A stretch of DNA of 55,960 nt, filler included, from Catajapyx aquilonaris (Eukaryota): NCBI GenBank assembly GCA_000934665.2. It is 2 parts of 2 records of this genome, joined end to end, with 100 filler letters (N's around TTAATTAATTAA, not from the genome) between each part and the next. Parts side by side here need not be neighbours in the genome. Positions count along the whole stretch, not along the records: positions 27,976 to 55,960 come from JYFJ02004987.1; 1 more part is not named here. One strand, written 5' to 3'. The notes under the pieces were generated by a model. That model was not told where the DNA came from, did not search any database, and saw only the letters and a list, made by a program, of their open reading frames with translations. Positions within the stretch are counted from its first letter, which is position 1. Each line of letters begins with the position of its first letter. A program made the position numbers and the translations under genes. This document shows, piece by piece, positions 28,605 to 39,918 of the stretch.

Positions 28605-29469
28605 CAAGGGAAGTGTCTGTAGGGCCATCGGCCAATCGGCCCGAAAATGACACTAGGGGTAAATCGCAGGCCAGAAATTCATTGGTGAAAGTAAAAAGTC
28701 GCATTAGCCAAGCGTTTTCGAGATATGGGCGACTATAGGTGCCCGGCAAACCTGCTCGGTGACAATGGGGCGCATTCGGCTGAAGAAATTATAAACAGTC
28801 TTCGTGGCTCAGTCGGTAGCGCGTCCGCGTCATGATCCGAAGTCTCCGCGTTGACGTTGATATTTCGCTTCTCTCATTTGTGTCCTTGTCAACTCGCAAT
28901 AACTGCTCGATGAAACCGCAACCATAAATGAACGCGTGTACATCGTAAACATATAATTACGAAGGGACACGAATAAGTTATTATTAGCTTGTGACTATTC
29001 ATTTTTCCGAATATGAAGCCATGGAGAGAGTAGGTAAGCATCGGCAGAAGAAAAAAAAAGTAATGCACTTCCCCGCAAGCTGTTTATTTATTCCTGTTGA
29101 TTGCAAAAGGGAAGATATGCGGTGATAAACGGTGTTGGGGAAGAAAGAAAAAGAAACGATGCTCCGAGACGAGAGAGGGAGGAGGGGGGGGGGGGGGGGA
29201 NGCTTCCCTTGGACTTGAACGCGGAGACTTCGGATCATGACGCGGACGCGCTACCGACTGAGCCACGAAGACTGTTTATAATTTATTTCTTCTGCCGAAT
29301 GCGCCCCATTGTCACCGAGCAGGTTTGCCGGGCACCTATAGTCGCCCATATCTCGAAAACGCTTGGCTAATGCGACTTTTTACTTTCACCAATGAATTTC
29401 TGGCCTGCGATTTACCCCAAGTGTCATTTTCGGGCCGATTGGCCGATGGCCCTACAGACACTTCCCTTG
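28605..29469. mobile_element. MITE with ~250-bp TIRs, TAA target duplication and tRNA-Met-like sequence inside both TIRs
   Basis: caagggaagtgtctgtagggcc... (28605-28852) is the reverse complement of 29218-29469, flanked by taa/taa. tRNA-like segments at 28798-28852 (+) and 29202-29272 (-). Confidence 0.85.
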
Positions 29470-32400
29470 TAAGTACAGGAAAAAAAATTTGTTTTCATGA
29501 CTTTCAAAAAGTAAAGCAGTTTTATTTTTCATAACATTAAGAGCTAGAAGCACCGAAAAACAAATCCTGCTAGATTGCCCTTATCGAGAATGATCTTAAA
29601 CAATTAATAACAAATGTGATCCAGCAAGATTTCTGAATTTTTTTAAAAGTGAATAATATTTATTTGTTAATAGCACTTCTCCTTTGTTAAATCTTCACTA
29701 TGTTGCATGTTGCATTTAAGCTAAGCTTATATGAAAAATTAAATCAAGCCATGCATCATTTTACACGAATCTATGATGTTATTGCAGAGGAAGGTCGGCA
29801 CCATTTGGACCGTTTGTCCCACCTCTCGAAACTGAAGAAGCTGACCCTGGGTCCATCACACAATTATCATTCCAGACCACCACCTCGTCCGGACATGTTT
29901 TTAACGAGGGATTGGGGCAGTCTCGAGGAGGTTCACATCTTCCGACATCCTTCTGATGTGGAGCTTCTGACAATAGTGAACAAGGTTGGGGAACAGCTCC
30001 GGAAACTCTCAGTGGGACACTTGGAGAAGACACCATCATACAGGAGCCTGGCAAATTGTCAACTCTTGGACGAGCTGCACCTCTATGAAACGAAGAAAAT
30101 GACTGATATCGGCCTGCTGGAGGGTGCAGGCTTCCTGACTAATCTGCGAAACCTTACGATTCGCAAACAAAAGCGGATTACAGCTGATGCCCTGCAGGAG
30201 TTTCTGACCCGTCAAGAAGTTGTTGGGAATCTGGAGACACTTGATATTTCTTACACTCCTGCCCTGCATGACTATCATCTGCAATTCATTACCATCTATT
30301 GCCCCAGGCTGACCCAGATCTGCCTTAGAGGATGCAGACGTATCTCTGTCAGAGGGCTTCGGAACATGGTCTTGGGTTGCCAACATCTTCAGACACTGGA
30401 CCTTGATAGGTGGCAATTGTTAAATCCTGCATTGCTTACCGATTTGAAGCCATTCCTCTCTGTTAATTTAAATTAATTGGATTAGGATGGGAAGCAGCAC
30501 CAGATGTTTAGTGTTCAAAGTTTAAAGTTGATAAGATTTGAGAGACATCCTTCATGTGAACCTGGGAATGTCACAATTTCTGCTGCAATTGGCCTTTCCC
30601 TAACATTCATGTTGTGGTGTTGGCCATTGCTCTAATATGTCATTCGTATTTCGTTGGAGTGCTGTTGCCGGCAATTATTGTATTTTATTCAGAGTTTAAT
30701 TTTTTAGTTAGTTGTGCAAATTGGAGTGTGACTTCTCAATGTTTGATTGGTTTCTGGGAGTGTCTGTTTTGTTGTGGCTCCCAGATGGGTTAAATTGCAG
30801 TACAAAAATATGTCTTGATACCACATAATAACACATGGAAGCATATTTCAAGATCTCAATAGCACCTTGTACCAAAATCTTACTGTTATATTCTCATAAA
30901 CTACCTCATCAGTTGTGATATTACTGCAAGGGTTTCAGGTTAGTTTCTTTCTTTCAGCGTTGGTATTTGTGTTTTGACCTATTTAATTTCACAAGCCATG
31001 GAGCTACATTAATGTATGCTCACATTTTTTCCTATGTTAGCATTGTTATTGTTTCTTGTTTGGCAATGACTGAAATTACTGTCAATAAAAGTCATGATAC
31101 TGTCAGAACATTAGTGTCTTGTGTACCTTGTAAAAATGAAATTGTAAATTATTGTTCTTGCAGCTGTGCTACTGTTGCATATTCTCATCTTGTTCAGGCA
31201 ATTTTAGTTATTGCATGTGGATCCATGCTGGTAGAAAGCTGCTTTTTATTCTGCCGGTTAATTTTCATATGTCACAACAAACACCCTGTGACTTCAATTG
31301 AAGTAGTTTGTTTTTGCTAGGATCTGAATACATCATTTTTTGGTCTCTCGCTGAGTAATTTAAATTCAGCATATTTGAACATAAGTTGCTGTTGGTTATG
31401 GTTCCTCATGATTAGAATTGCAATTAAATTAACATCAGTGTTGCCTACATTTTATTTGTCATGCATGGTATAAATTGAAAAATTCTATGACCAACTGTAA
31501 TAGCACAAAATTAATGGCCACTTGTCTTTTGCTACACATCATCAATAGTTTTAGTGACAATTTGTGATGTCATGGACATGCATGTTGTATGCCAATTTAT
31601 TGATGTTTTCTGCAACCTGCTCTTATGTGTGCACATAGTCCACACAAAGCGACATGAAATAAATTTTGTTACTCAATATTAATTTTGTGTCTGTATTTTT
31701 CTTATATCTATATAATATGCAGGAGAATAAGAGCTGATTTTACTTATGCACAGATTTGACCCTTTGTGCCAGGGCAAGTGCATCCCAGCTTTGTAATCAT
31801 AGCCAACCATTTAGTGTTTCTTACACTAACCTATGTCATTGCACCAATATCAATGCATCTTGTTGCTGTATGTATCATTGTTGAATGTCTTCTTTGGCCT
31901 GCGAGAAGCTGAACCAGTTACACTTACATCATGGTACATGTCGGAAGCAAATTTGCACCTCCGCACTTTATACAGTAGGCCTACACCATAATTATATGAT
32001 ACAGGGTGAGGTCGTAAGGGTGGGTAGGGAAAAACCCATTTGGATGGTTCGCAGTAGATGAGAATAGCTGCAAAAACTGAAACATATGTCACAACTATCT
32101 TTTCTGTACTGGTACTGAATTTTAGGGAGTTACACTGAAGGACGTTCCATTCTGAAAACGAGAAAGTGAGGAAAAAAGCGAACGTACAGGATAAATGATT
32201 ACAACTCAATTTAATTTCAATCCTTTATCAAACATTACAAATGATTTAACAATGTCACACAATGCTTTATATTAGACATTAAAATTACATCTCATTATTT
32301 GTCTTTCAAAAATACAGTCTCACAGTCATGCAAATAATTGCATTTTATAATTCAGCACAAATTTAAATTGAATTCAATATAACTATGTTAAAGTGCTTCA

Positions 32401-32578
32401 ACATTGTAATTGCAAAAAAGCAGTATGTTACAGTGTTAATAGAAGTTGATTAAAAATCCTACTTGTGTGTTTAAAAAACACTATTGTCCTAAAATTAATG
32501 CAAAATGTTTAACAATACACGCAATTATTTCTGCATAAAATATACTCGATTTCAATGAATACTGTCAGAAAATTCATT

Positions 32579-33350
32579 TTTTTAATATCATTTATTTACA
32601 GATTTACAGAACTATTCAGCTTACAATTTACCTCCCTTCTTATTCTAAGGGGGGGAGACACATGCGTAATATATTTGTTTAATAAACATTTTATGACGTG
32701 TTCGTATCTATCTCTGTGTTGTTGGGGATTATTCACTGGTTTTATATTCATTATAACACTCTATCTTACATTGTTCTCTCCTTGCTTAATCTAACATAAT
32801 TATTCATGTATTTGTTGTATTTAATGAGTATTTTATTGATGTTTTCTATTTCATTTATTGGAGCAATTGCTATATATTGTAGAAATTGGTTTCTAGGTGG
32901 GGGATGCCAGTTTAACTGTTTTATTATAGATTGTGTGCAATTACATTCGGAAATAATATGAAACCACGAGTTGTTTTCTAATTGATTACAAATCTGGCAT
33001 TTCTCATTTATGTCTATTGTAAGTGCTGAACCATCTGTTAATGGAATCCAGTTATTTTTATTTCTTATTGCACATATTTGTCTTTTGATGGTTATCGAAT
33101 GGTTTTTATTGAGATATGGTGCCGGTAACGGATCGAATGTTATATTGTGGTAATATCTGTATGTGTCTGATGTCTTAAGTTTATTTAGATCTTCCTGTCT
33201 TGCTTGATCAATTACTCTCCTGATTGTTAATTCTATTGCTTTTATGTCATCGGAATCTATTATTGAAGTCACCATAGACATTGACAAATCATGGTCATTT
33301 AGCATCTTCGATATCTGTGTTGCCGAGTTTTTGTTACGTTTTGGGTAATT
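32579..33350 (-). mobile_element. 5'-truncated non-LTR retrotransposon (ORF2 C-terminus with Cys/His knuckle), 19-bp TSD
   Basis: tactgtcagaaaattcatt is duplicated at 32560-32578 and 33351-33369. Uninterrupted ORF with CQICNQLENNSWFHIISEC, then a 3'UTR and short A tail. Confidence 0.85.
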
Positions 33351-33697
33351 TACTGTCAGAAAATTCATTACCTCTCCAAGTACAGAATTTCACATTATTA
33401 TGCAAAAAAAAAAAATCGGATAGATGAAATCTACACTAGATTTTACATAAATACAGTAACACGTAAAAATATCAACTTGTCCTCAAAAATGCAAAAAATA
33501 ATTCTGAACAAATCCTAATTAAAGTAAATCATGCATCATCTCAAATATATTGGTCTCACAAATGCAAAATATTCCATATGTATGCAAATTCTCCTACTAT
33601 TCGGCACAAATCAAAATCTCATTCAATCACGTCAAAAAAATTATTCACTTGCCATCAAACAATGCACAATGTCCGAAAAACACTTTGAGGGACAAAC

Positions 33698-34930
33698 TCA
33701 AACCCTCGGTGCTGGTAGCAGGTGCATGTGCATGTGAGAGGCCAAGTTGTCTACATTTTCCAGTGTCATGTTCCTATTCAACCTGACCAGGAACTGCACT
33801 TCATGTTCAAACAGGTTCAGACGACTTGTCGGATGGAAAAACAGGTATGTAAGTCCTCTACACATGTATACCACATCGACGAGCCCGAAGAAGGAGGTTT
33901 AGGTCAGGACCAGGGATAGTCTGACCAAGGTCGGACAGTTGTTGGACATCAGCAATAAATGCTTGTCGTCCAGGTTGGACAGGGAGAAGAGGGAGAGGAC
34001 CTCCAGGTTGGGGAAGTGTTGGTGTCTGAAGAGTGCGGACAGGGCTGTACCCCTCGGGTCAGCTGCTAACTCGGGTTGTGTGAAAGGTGCCGCATCAGTC
34101 ATAGTAATTTTATCATACATCTCAGACAGCTTTTTGCAATCAAATTCGTATCTCCTAAACAACGATGATTTCATAATTCTGTAAATTGCACACTTCAGCT
34201 CAGATTATGATTAGTGGCACTAGCCCCACTGCAGCAGATATAGATCATTGGACACAGAAATTGGATGGCAGGTGTGTTCTTACCTCTAGTACTGTACCCA
34301 GGGAAATGCATACCCTATGCATTATTATTATTATGATTATTATTATGATTATTATTATGATTATTATTATGATTATTATTATGATGATTATTATTATTAT
34401 TATTATTATTATCACCATCATCATCATCATACCCAGTTATCAGCCGGCGGCTCTTTAGGGGGAAGTTTTTGTTTTGACTGGAACTCTTTCTTTGCATTTT
34501 TTACTTCGCTTTTGGGGATAGGATAGGGACGGAAGGAAGCGGCTGTGGCCTATTATTTTAAGAAACAACCCCGGCATTTACCTGGAGGGACCGCGGGAAA
34601 CCACAGGAAACCACGGTTAGGGTTGCCGGCAGCGGGGATCGAACCCAGGACCTCCCGATTAGCAGTCGGATACCATATCCCCTCCGCCACCACTGCTTCG
34701 GTCCCTATGCATGATTACTTTTGATTGTTGCTTCCTCGGAAACACTTTGTTTTGATCATTTTCCTTCTTGCAGTGTCTTAGTAGTGGACCAAAACAACTG
34801 CAAGCAATTTCATTCACATACGAGGAACAGGTGGAATGCAACACTTCCTCCACTTCACCTTCCCTCAATTCAGATGATGTGCCTATTATCCTCACTATTA
34901 TCCTAATGTATTGGGGTAAGTCATTAAAAC
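33698..34930 (-). pseudogene. F-box/LRR pseudogene, interrupted by a SINE
   Basis: F-box-like FNDLPQYIRII...EVEEVLHSTCSSYVNEIA near 34800-34930. LRRs FPNLEVLSLFSLSNLDDKHLLLMSNNCPTLVRLSL, in-frame TAA at 33899-33901, then TSFFGLVDVVYMCRGLTYL continues the LRR pattern. Confidence 0.6.
34323..34702 (-). mobile_element. tRNA-derived SINE (family B) with (TAA/TGA)n tail and 10-bp TSD
   Basis: Head with B box ggttcgatccc, body gtggtttcc...ccctccaggtaaatgccggg...taggccacagccgcttccttcc. TSD ccctatgcat at 34313-34322 and 34703-34712. Confidence 0.85.
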
Positions 34931-35074
34931 AGGGTTCACATATTTGCTGCAGCTAGTGTAGCTGAGTACAGGAGCCACTAGCGGGTACTCAGTCGCATAA
35001 GTGTACACCTGCTGACCTGCATGTGTGGATGCTACGTATACTCCAATTTCAAGTTTTATAACTTGATATGATTG

Positions 35075-35195
35075 AATATAATAAATATAATATATATATA
35101 ATATTTATTATTATATAATATATAATATATATTTATTATTATATATTATATTATATATATTTATTATATTATATATAATATAATAAATATAAAAA
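35075..35195. repeat. AT-only low-complexity tract
   Basis: Direct reading. Confidence 0.8.
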
Positions 35196-37910
35196 ATAAC
35201 TTATAGTTATATATACCAATGAGATCATACTGTGTCTCTTTTGCATAAGAAAAATCATTATTGAAGAGAAGCAATGCAATGAAAAGAAAACCAATTTGTA
35301 AACAGTAGTTTACCAGCTCCATATTTATTCAGTACACCAAACCACCATATTTTATCACCACAAATGTGATATACCATGGCCCACATAAAATACACTGTCA
35401 AAGCAAAACCTGCAGGTTAAGACTTGGAAAGAGGTATGAGATTTTTACCCTATAAAATTCCTAAAGAATTAGGTCAGAAGTGATGTAAAATTGTGATTCA
35501 TAACCAGTACCATGGAAGGTAGATCAAATCAACTGATTATGAAGTGCAATCACCATTTACAGAGACACTGGTTCTTTGTCATCAATACAAACAACCTTTT
35601 AATGTAATTTTTGGGTGAAACCAATAATACATATAGCGGCCTCTTTTTAAGACCTCATCATCCAAAACACCTCATCTATGAACTATACCTTGCACTCTAG
35701 GAGCCCATCATTTATATGTGATATATTGTTGATTTTATCAGGCTTTAAGTCAGTTTTTCATACCATTTAATTTCATGCAATGGAATCACAGGAATCTTTT
35801 GTCCACTGTTGTAAAAGTCTCAATCGAGAAAGGGTACATTTATAAAATGCATTTTTAATAATTACTTTTAAAGTTTTGTTATTGTTTGATATACCAATCA
35901 ATAACAAAAACTTCTCACTTTGAAAGAGAAAGCACTAATCACTAATCGTCACAGGTTCCTGACATTTAAAAAATAACATTGGGTGATGAGCAGTTATCAC
36001 TACAGTTAAAAACACTGTCACAGGTATGGTATAACTAATAGTCTTGCACTAATAATTATGAAAATCTCACTGGTTCCATTTGCAATGACATTGATGTGCA
36101 TTGTATTATGCTGTGTCTTATATTATGTTCATCTTACAGCCTAACTGTGCTACTTGCATATAATTACCGCCTCACTTGTACACAACACAAAGCATTCATT
36201 ACTAAACGTCAAAAGTCACTCATCCCATATGAACTAAAGTCATATAAAATTATTGCACAGAATATGTACCAACACACAATCTGAGAAGCAAATAATCGCC
36301 ACATAAAAGTCAAGCTCAAGTCACAATAGGTGAAATAACTTTGTAACTAACACCATGAAAAAGACCTAAAAACTAAATCAGTATTAGATATTAGTCGAAA
36401 TGGATACTCTCCAGGGACAGCTTTCAAAATTCGATGATTAAGGAAGGTTTCCTTGTTTTACAGGCCTGCACAAGAATATTGTTTACAGCTAATATCAAGC
36501 GTGATCACTAATTGCAACTCATAGTAAAATGTTATTATGCATGATGCGAAATAAGTTTGCTATGGAGGGTGCACATTGCTAATTACCAAAAATTCAGAGG
36601 GAACCCCAAGACCCTCCACAATGCCACATCTATTGAAATTAGGTTACATTTAGAAGATGACTAATTCCATATCTTATAATCAAGCCCAAAATTCATGAAG
36701 AAATCATTGATTTTTGCATCAAATGGTTTTGTGCAACACAATGTAAAAGTATGAGTAAGTCAGGAAAGTTGGTGACCCTGGGCATGTGTACTCAGCGCAG
36801 TGAGAGGTTCCGTCTGTGTCGAGTATCATTTCCTGAATCAATTCAGCTGGATGGCCGGGAAGGAAGTCTAGGGAAGCCACACCCACATCTCACTGAAGCT
36901 GGCTGGTTCACCCTATTCAGGAACTAACAATGCTCATAAAACCAAGCTACGCATTTTGATGAATACACAGGTCCAGTCTAGTAGTCCTTACACCTAGGCT
37001 CTCAGTTAATTGTATATGGATTTTACTGGCAATGGCTGTATAAAAGTGCTTGATATTGACTAGAAAAGCTTTGTGATGTTTAGAAAATACCACAACACTA
37101 CCAGAAAATGGGTTAGAGTGCCTAGCTTACAAGGCATCACAAATAGGTTCACAATATATTGAAATCTGTTGAATAACACAAAATTTTGCACTTTGGAGTT
37201 GGGCCCTTGTTCAGCATGCATATGAGTCAGCCGTTTCTCTGTTGGACAAATGATAAATGCAAGAGCTCGTGGACAGCATTGTGCTCATCCATTGTTTTCT
37301 GTACTAGTCATGTCAAGGCACACTTCTCATATCAAACCCGACAGATATGGTCAGTGGAAATATTAAAATGAGGCACATTTGTATGCAGTCAAGATTGCAG
37401 CTGTAATATTAATAGCAGCATCAAAATATCAGAGATCTAGGCAATGTGCATATTCAGTTATAAAAACTTCCACACAGTATGAAGAATACTACTGCATGAG
37501 CTGACACATTAAAGAGATTGGTTGTGTCTGTATATGAGAGAATTTTGCAGACATGGGTGGGTAAAATGAAATGTTAACACTATTGTCCCAGTAGACAAAA
37601 GATTTGGCAGCTCAATTCTGACTCTCCTAGATGATCGTATTACCTGTCAAAACAAGTTTCAGCCAAATGTATCCCTGGCCCTACAAAACCATCAGCACTG
37701 TAGTTTTTTTCTAGCAAGATTTCCATTGCCAACAGAACAAGGGCCCTAAATGGGTGGTTTCAAAGGTAATTGCATAATCTTTTTTAAAGTACCGTACCAT
37801 AACATTATAATAATATTAAACTCAGCATCACTTCCCACATCCATGTGAGGTGCAATTGTTCATTCACTTCCAGTTTCTAGACATGACTGGAACATTGATA
37901 GCCATTACAA

Positions 37911-38029
37911 CCTGCATAGCACAAAAGATCAGCCCAATTGGCACCAATGTTGGTCCAATGTCATGAGGCTTGGCCAATCTTGGACCAACACTGGTGCCAA
38001 TATTGTTTCAGTCTTTTGTGTTACGTGGG
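37911..38029. mobile_element. Short degenerate foldback MITE
   Basis: cctgcatagcacaaaaga...ttggcaccaatgttggtccaa pairs with ttggaccaacactggtgccaa...tcttttgtgttacgtggg. Confidence 0.5.
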
Positions 38030-39918
38030 AAAATACATACAGGTCGACATGATATATGATCTCGTTTATGAGTGGAAATATATACACCATGAATTTTGAA
38101 ACCCAAATGTATGTTTTTCTGTTTGTGCGTGGGAGGGGGAGAACAAGGGCAAGGGCTTGAGCGACACTTGCACGGAAATAAACTGCTGTGCCAACTAATC
38201 TATTCCTCTCAAGAGGACTGCAGCTTGACTTGGGTGACTACTTATTTCTTGAAGGAACAGTTAGCATTTGCTGATGGTGAGGTTGGGGCAGAAGTAGATA
38301 CAGAGGTAAGGTCGATAATCACACACTTCAGCCTTTGACATGGAAGGACAATGTGGCAATGGTGCAGGCTAGGGTTCCATTGTCTATCCTCCTACCAGGG
38401 GTTCAGATTAGTTGTCACAACAATAGTTTCAAGTGAAACACTTAAAATTGTAACAATTATACCATGAGTTGCACATATAATGATGCGGAAATTCCACAAA
38501 AATGCAAATATTCTGAGCTCCATCTTCTCAGGGGTTGTAATATCATGTGGAGCAATTCATAACCAAAAAAAGAAAAAGGAAAAACCAAAAGATACCTCCA
38601 AATGCCATAAATTCAAATTGAAAGGATAGTGCACCTTCCTCAAATGTCAGTCTAGGTTTTTTTTTTAACTACTCGCAATAAAACATTAGCATTCTCATCA
38701 CCTGACAAAGCCCTACTCTGTAAGAATTAAAGCTTATGCCATCACCTGAATATTACAAAATGTTTTAAACCCATTTTCATAGTAGTTGTGATGTCTAAAA
38801 TATACAAACCAACACACACCCCTAATAAAAACTAGAGTCAACTAAATACGCTCGTAGCTGCAGGCTTGTTTTTAAAACATGCAAATGCCTGCAAAAGGTA
38901 CAGTAATGTGATATATCTGTCACAGAAGTCACAGCATGTGTTTATACAATTTTGTTCAGTAGAGTCTTGATTATTTGGACTAAGTGGGACCTAAGAGACT
39001 TCCAGATTTTTTTAAAAAAATGCATCTGGATAAAACATGAAGCCAGCAGCAAGGATGGGTGGGAGTCACACGCAGACAAAACACTTGTGGGAGTAATGGG
39101 TAAAGTACACTGCATGTCTGCATGGATAGCAAAACTCTGCAAATAGTAGTAAAGAACATATTCTGCAGATCTCCAGATAACGTGGAAGTCTGGATAATTA
39201 TTGAGACTCTACTGTAATTTCACAACCAGGATCAGTGATGGCCCAATAGTGTGATGTAAGTCATGTGAAAGCGAATTTGTGGCAGTAAATTATATTTATA
39301 GTTTCTATATGTTGGAAGTAATATTCCCACCTATCAACTAAAGCACCAAGACCAAGGAATAACCTTTCACCAACTACCCAAGAAGAGGGAAAGCATGCAA
39401 CTTATACACCAGCATTGAATTTGCCACAGCAAAATCCACTGGCTGTAATGCACTACTAAGTAGTTTATTACAGTCATCACCTGCATGTGACGCGTGTCGA
39501 TATATTCTCACAGTTAAAATAACTAATTACTATTCCGAAAAAAGGCATGTGCATATAATTTTTTGAAGCAGGCAAAGGCACATTCTTGCCACTTAAAAAC
39601 CATAGAAATGTCTCTCAGCCACTGCATAGAAGCATCTTAAAATCAGTCATAGTTGCAGATAAAATTTAGTCCAATCATCATAAATGGTTTAGCAATTTTC
39701 ATATAATATTGTCTAAAGATCATGTTCTCTGAGAGGACTCCTAATCCATTAGGAACTGAATTATGCTTCATTGCAACATATGATGCATGAAGCTCTTTTG
39801 AATTCATATATGAGACCTGGACTATTTAAAAAGAACTGGGAGTGCACCTCTAATTTGTTTCCAAAAAAGAGAGAAAAAAAGTTCTTAATGGCTAATGCCT
39901 ATAACAATTTAGACATAT

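Larger units (their letters stand above)
27102..30476 (+). pseudogene. F-box/LRR (FBXL-like) gene, 5' part disrupted, last exon intact
   Basis: MSSTKEDHATSDEILLEIYC...FLSDELIKMCRTV / (frameshift) PSLWK resembles an F-box, with stops at ~27570-27635. Exon ~29788-30476 encodes AMN1-type LRRs (LTNLRNLTIR..ITADAL, LETLDISY, CPRLTQICLRGCRRISVRGL, CQHLQTLDL). The two halves are separated by TEs and an assembly linker, so their linkage is inferred. Confidence 0.55.

Noticed and set aside
28798..29272. Functional tRNA-Met genes
   Set aside because: The anticodon and T stems have mismatches, the left copy lacks the 3' part, and both sit inside MITE TIRs. Treated as tRNA-derived sequence.
34186..34526. 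Poly-Ile, poly-Tyr and poly-Asn ORFs
   Set aside because: Translations of the SINE (ATT)n tail.
35200..39900. ORF-free 4.7 kb downstream of IRP1 as a long 3'UTR or ncRNA
   Set aside because: Nothing in the sequence distinguishes it from intergenic DNA with old repeat fragments.
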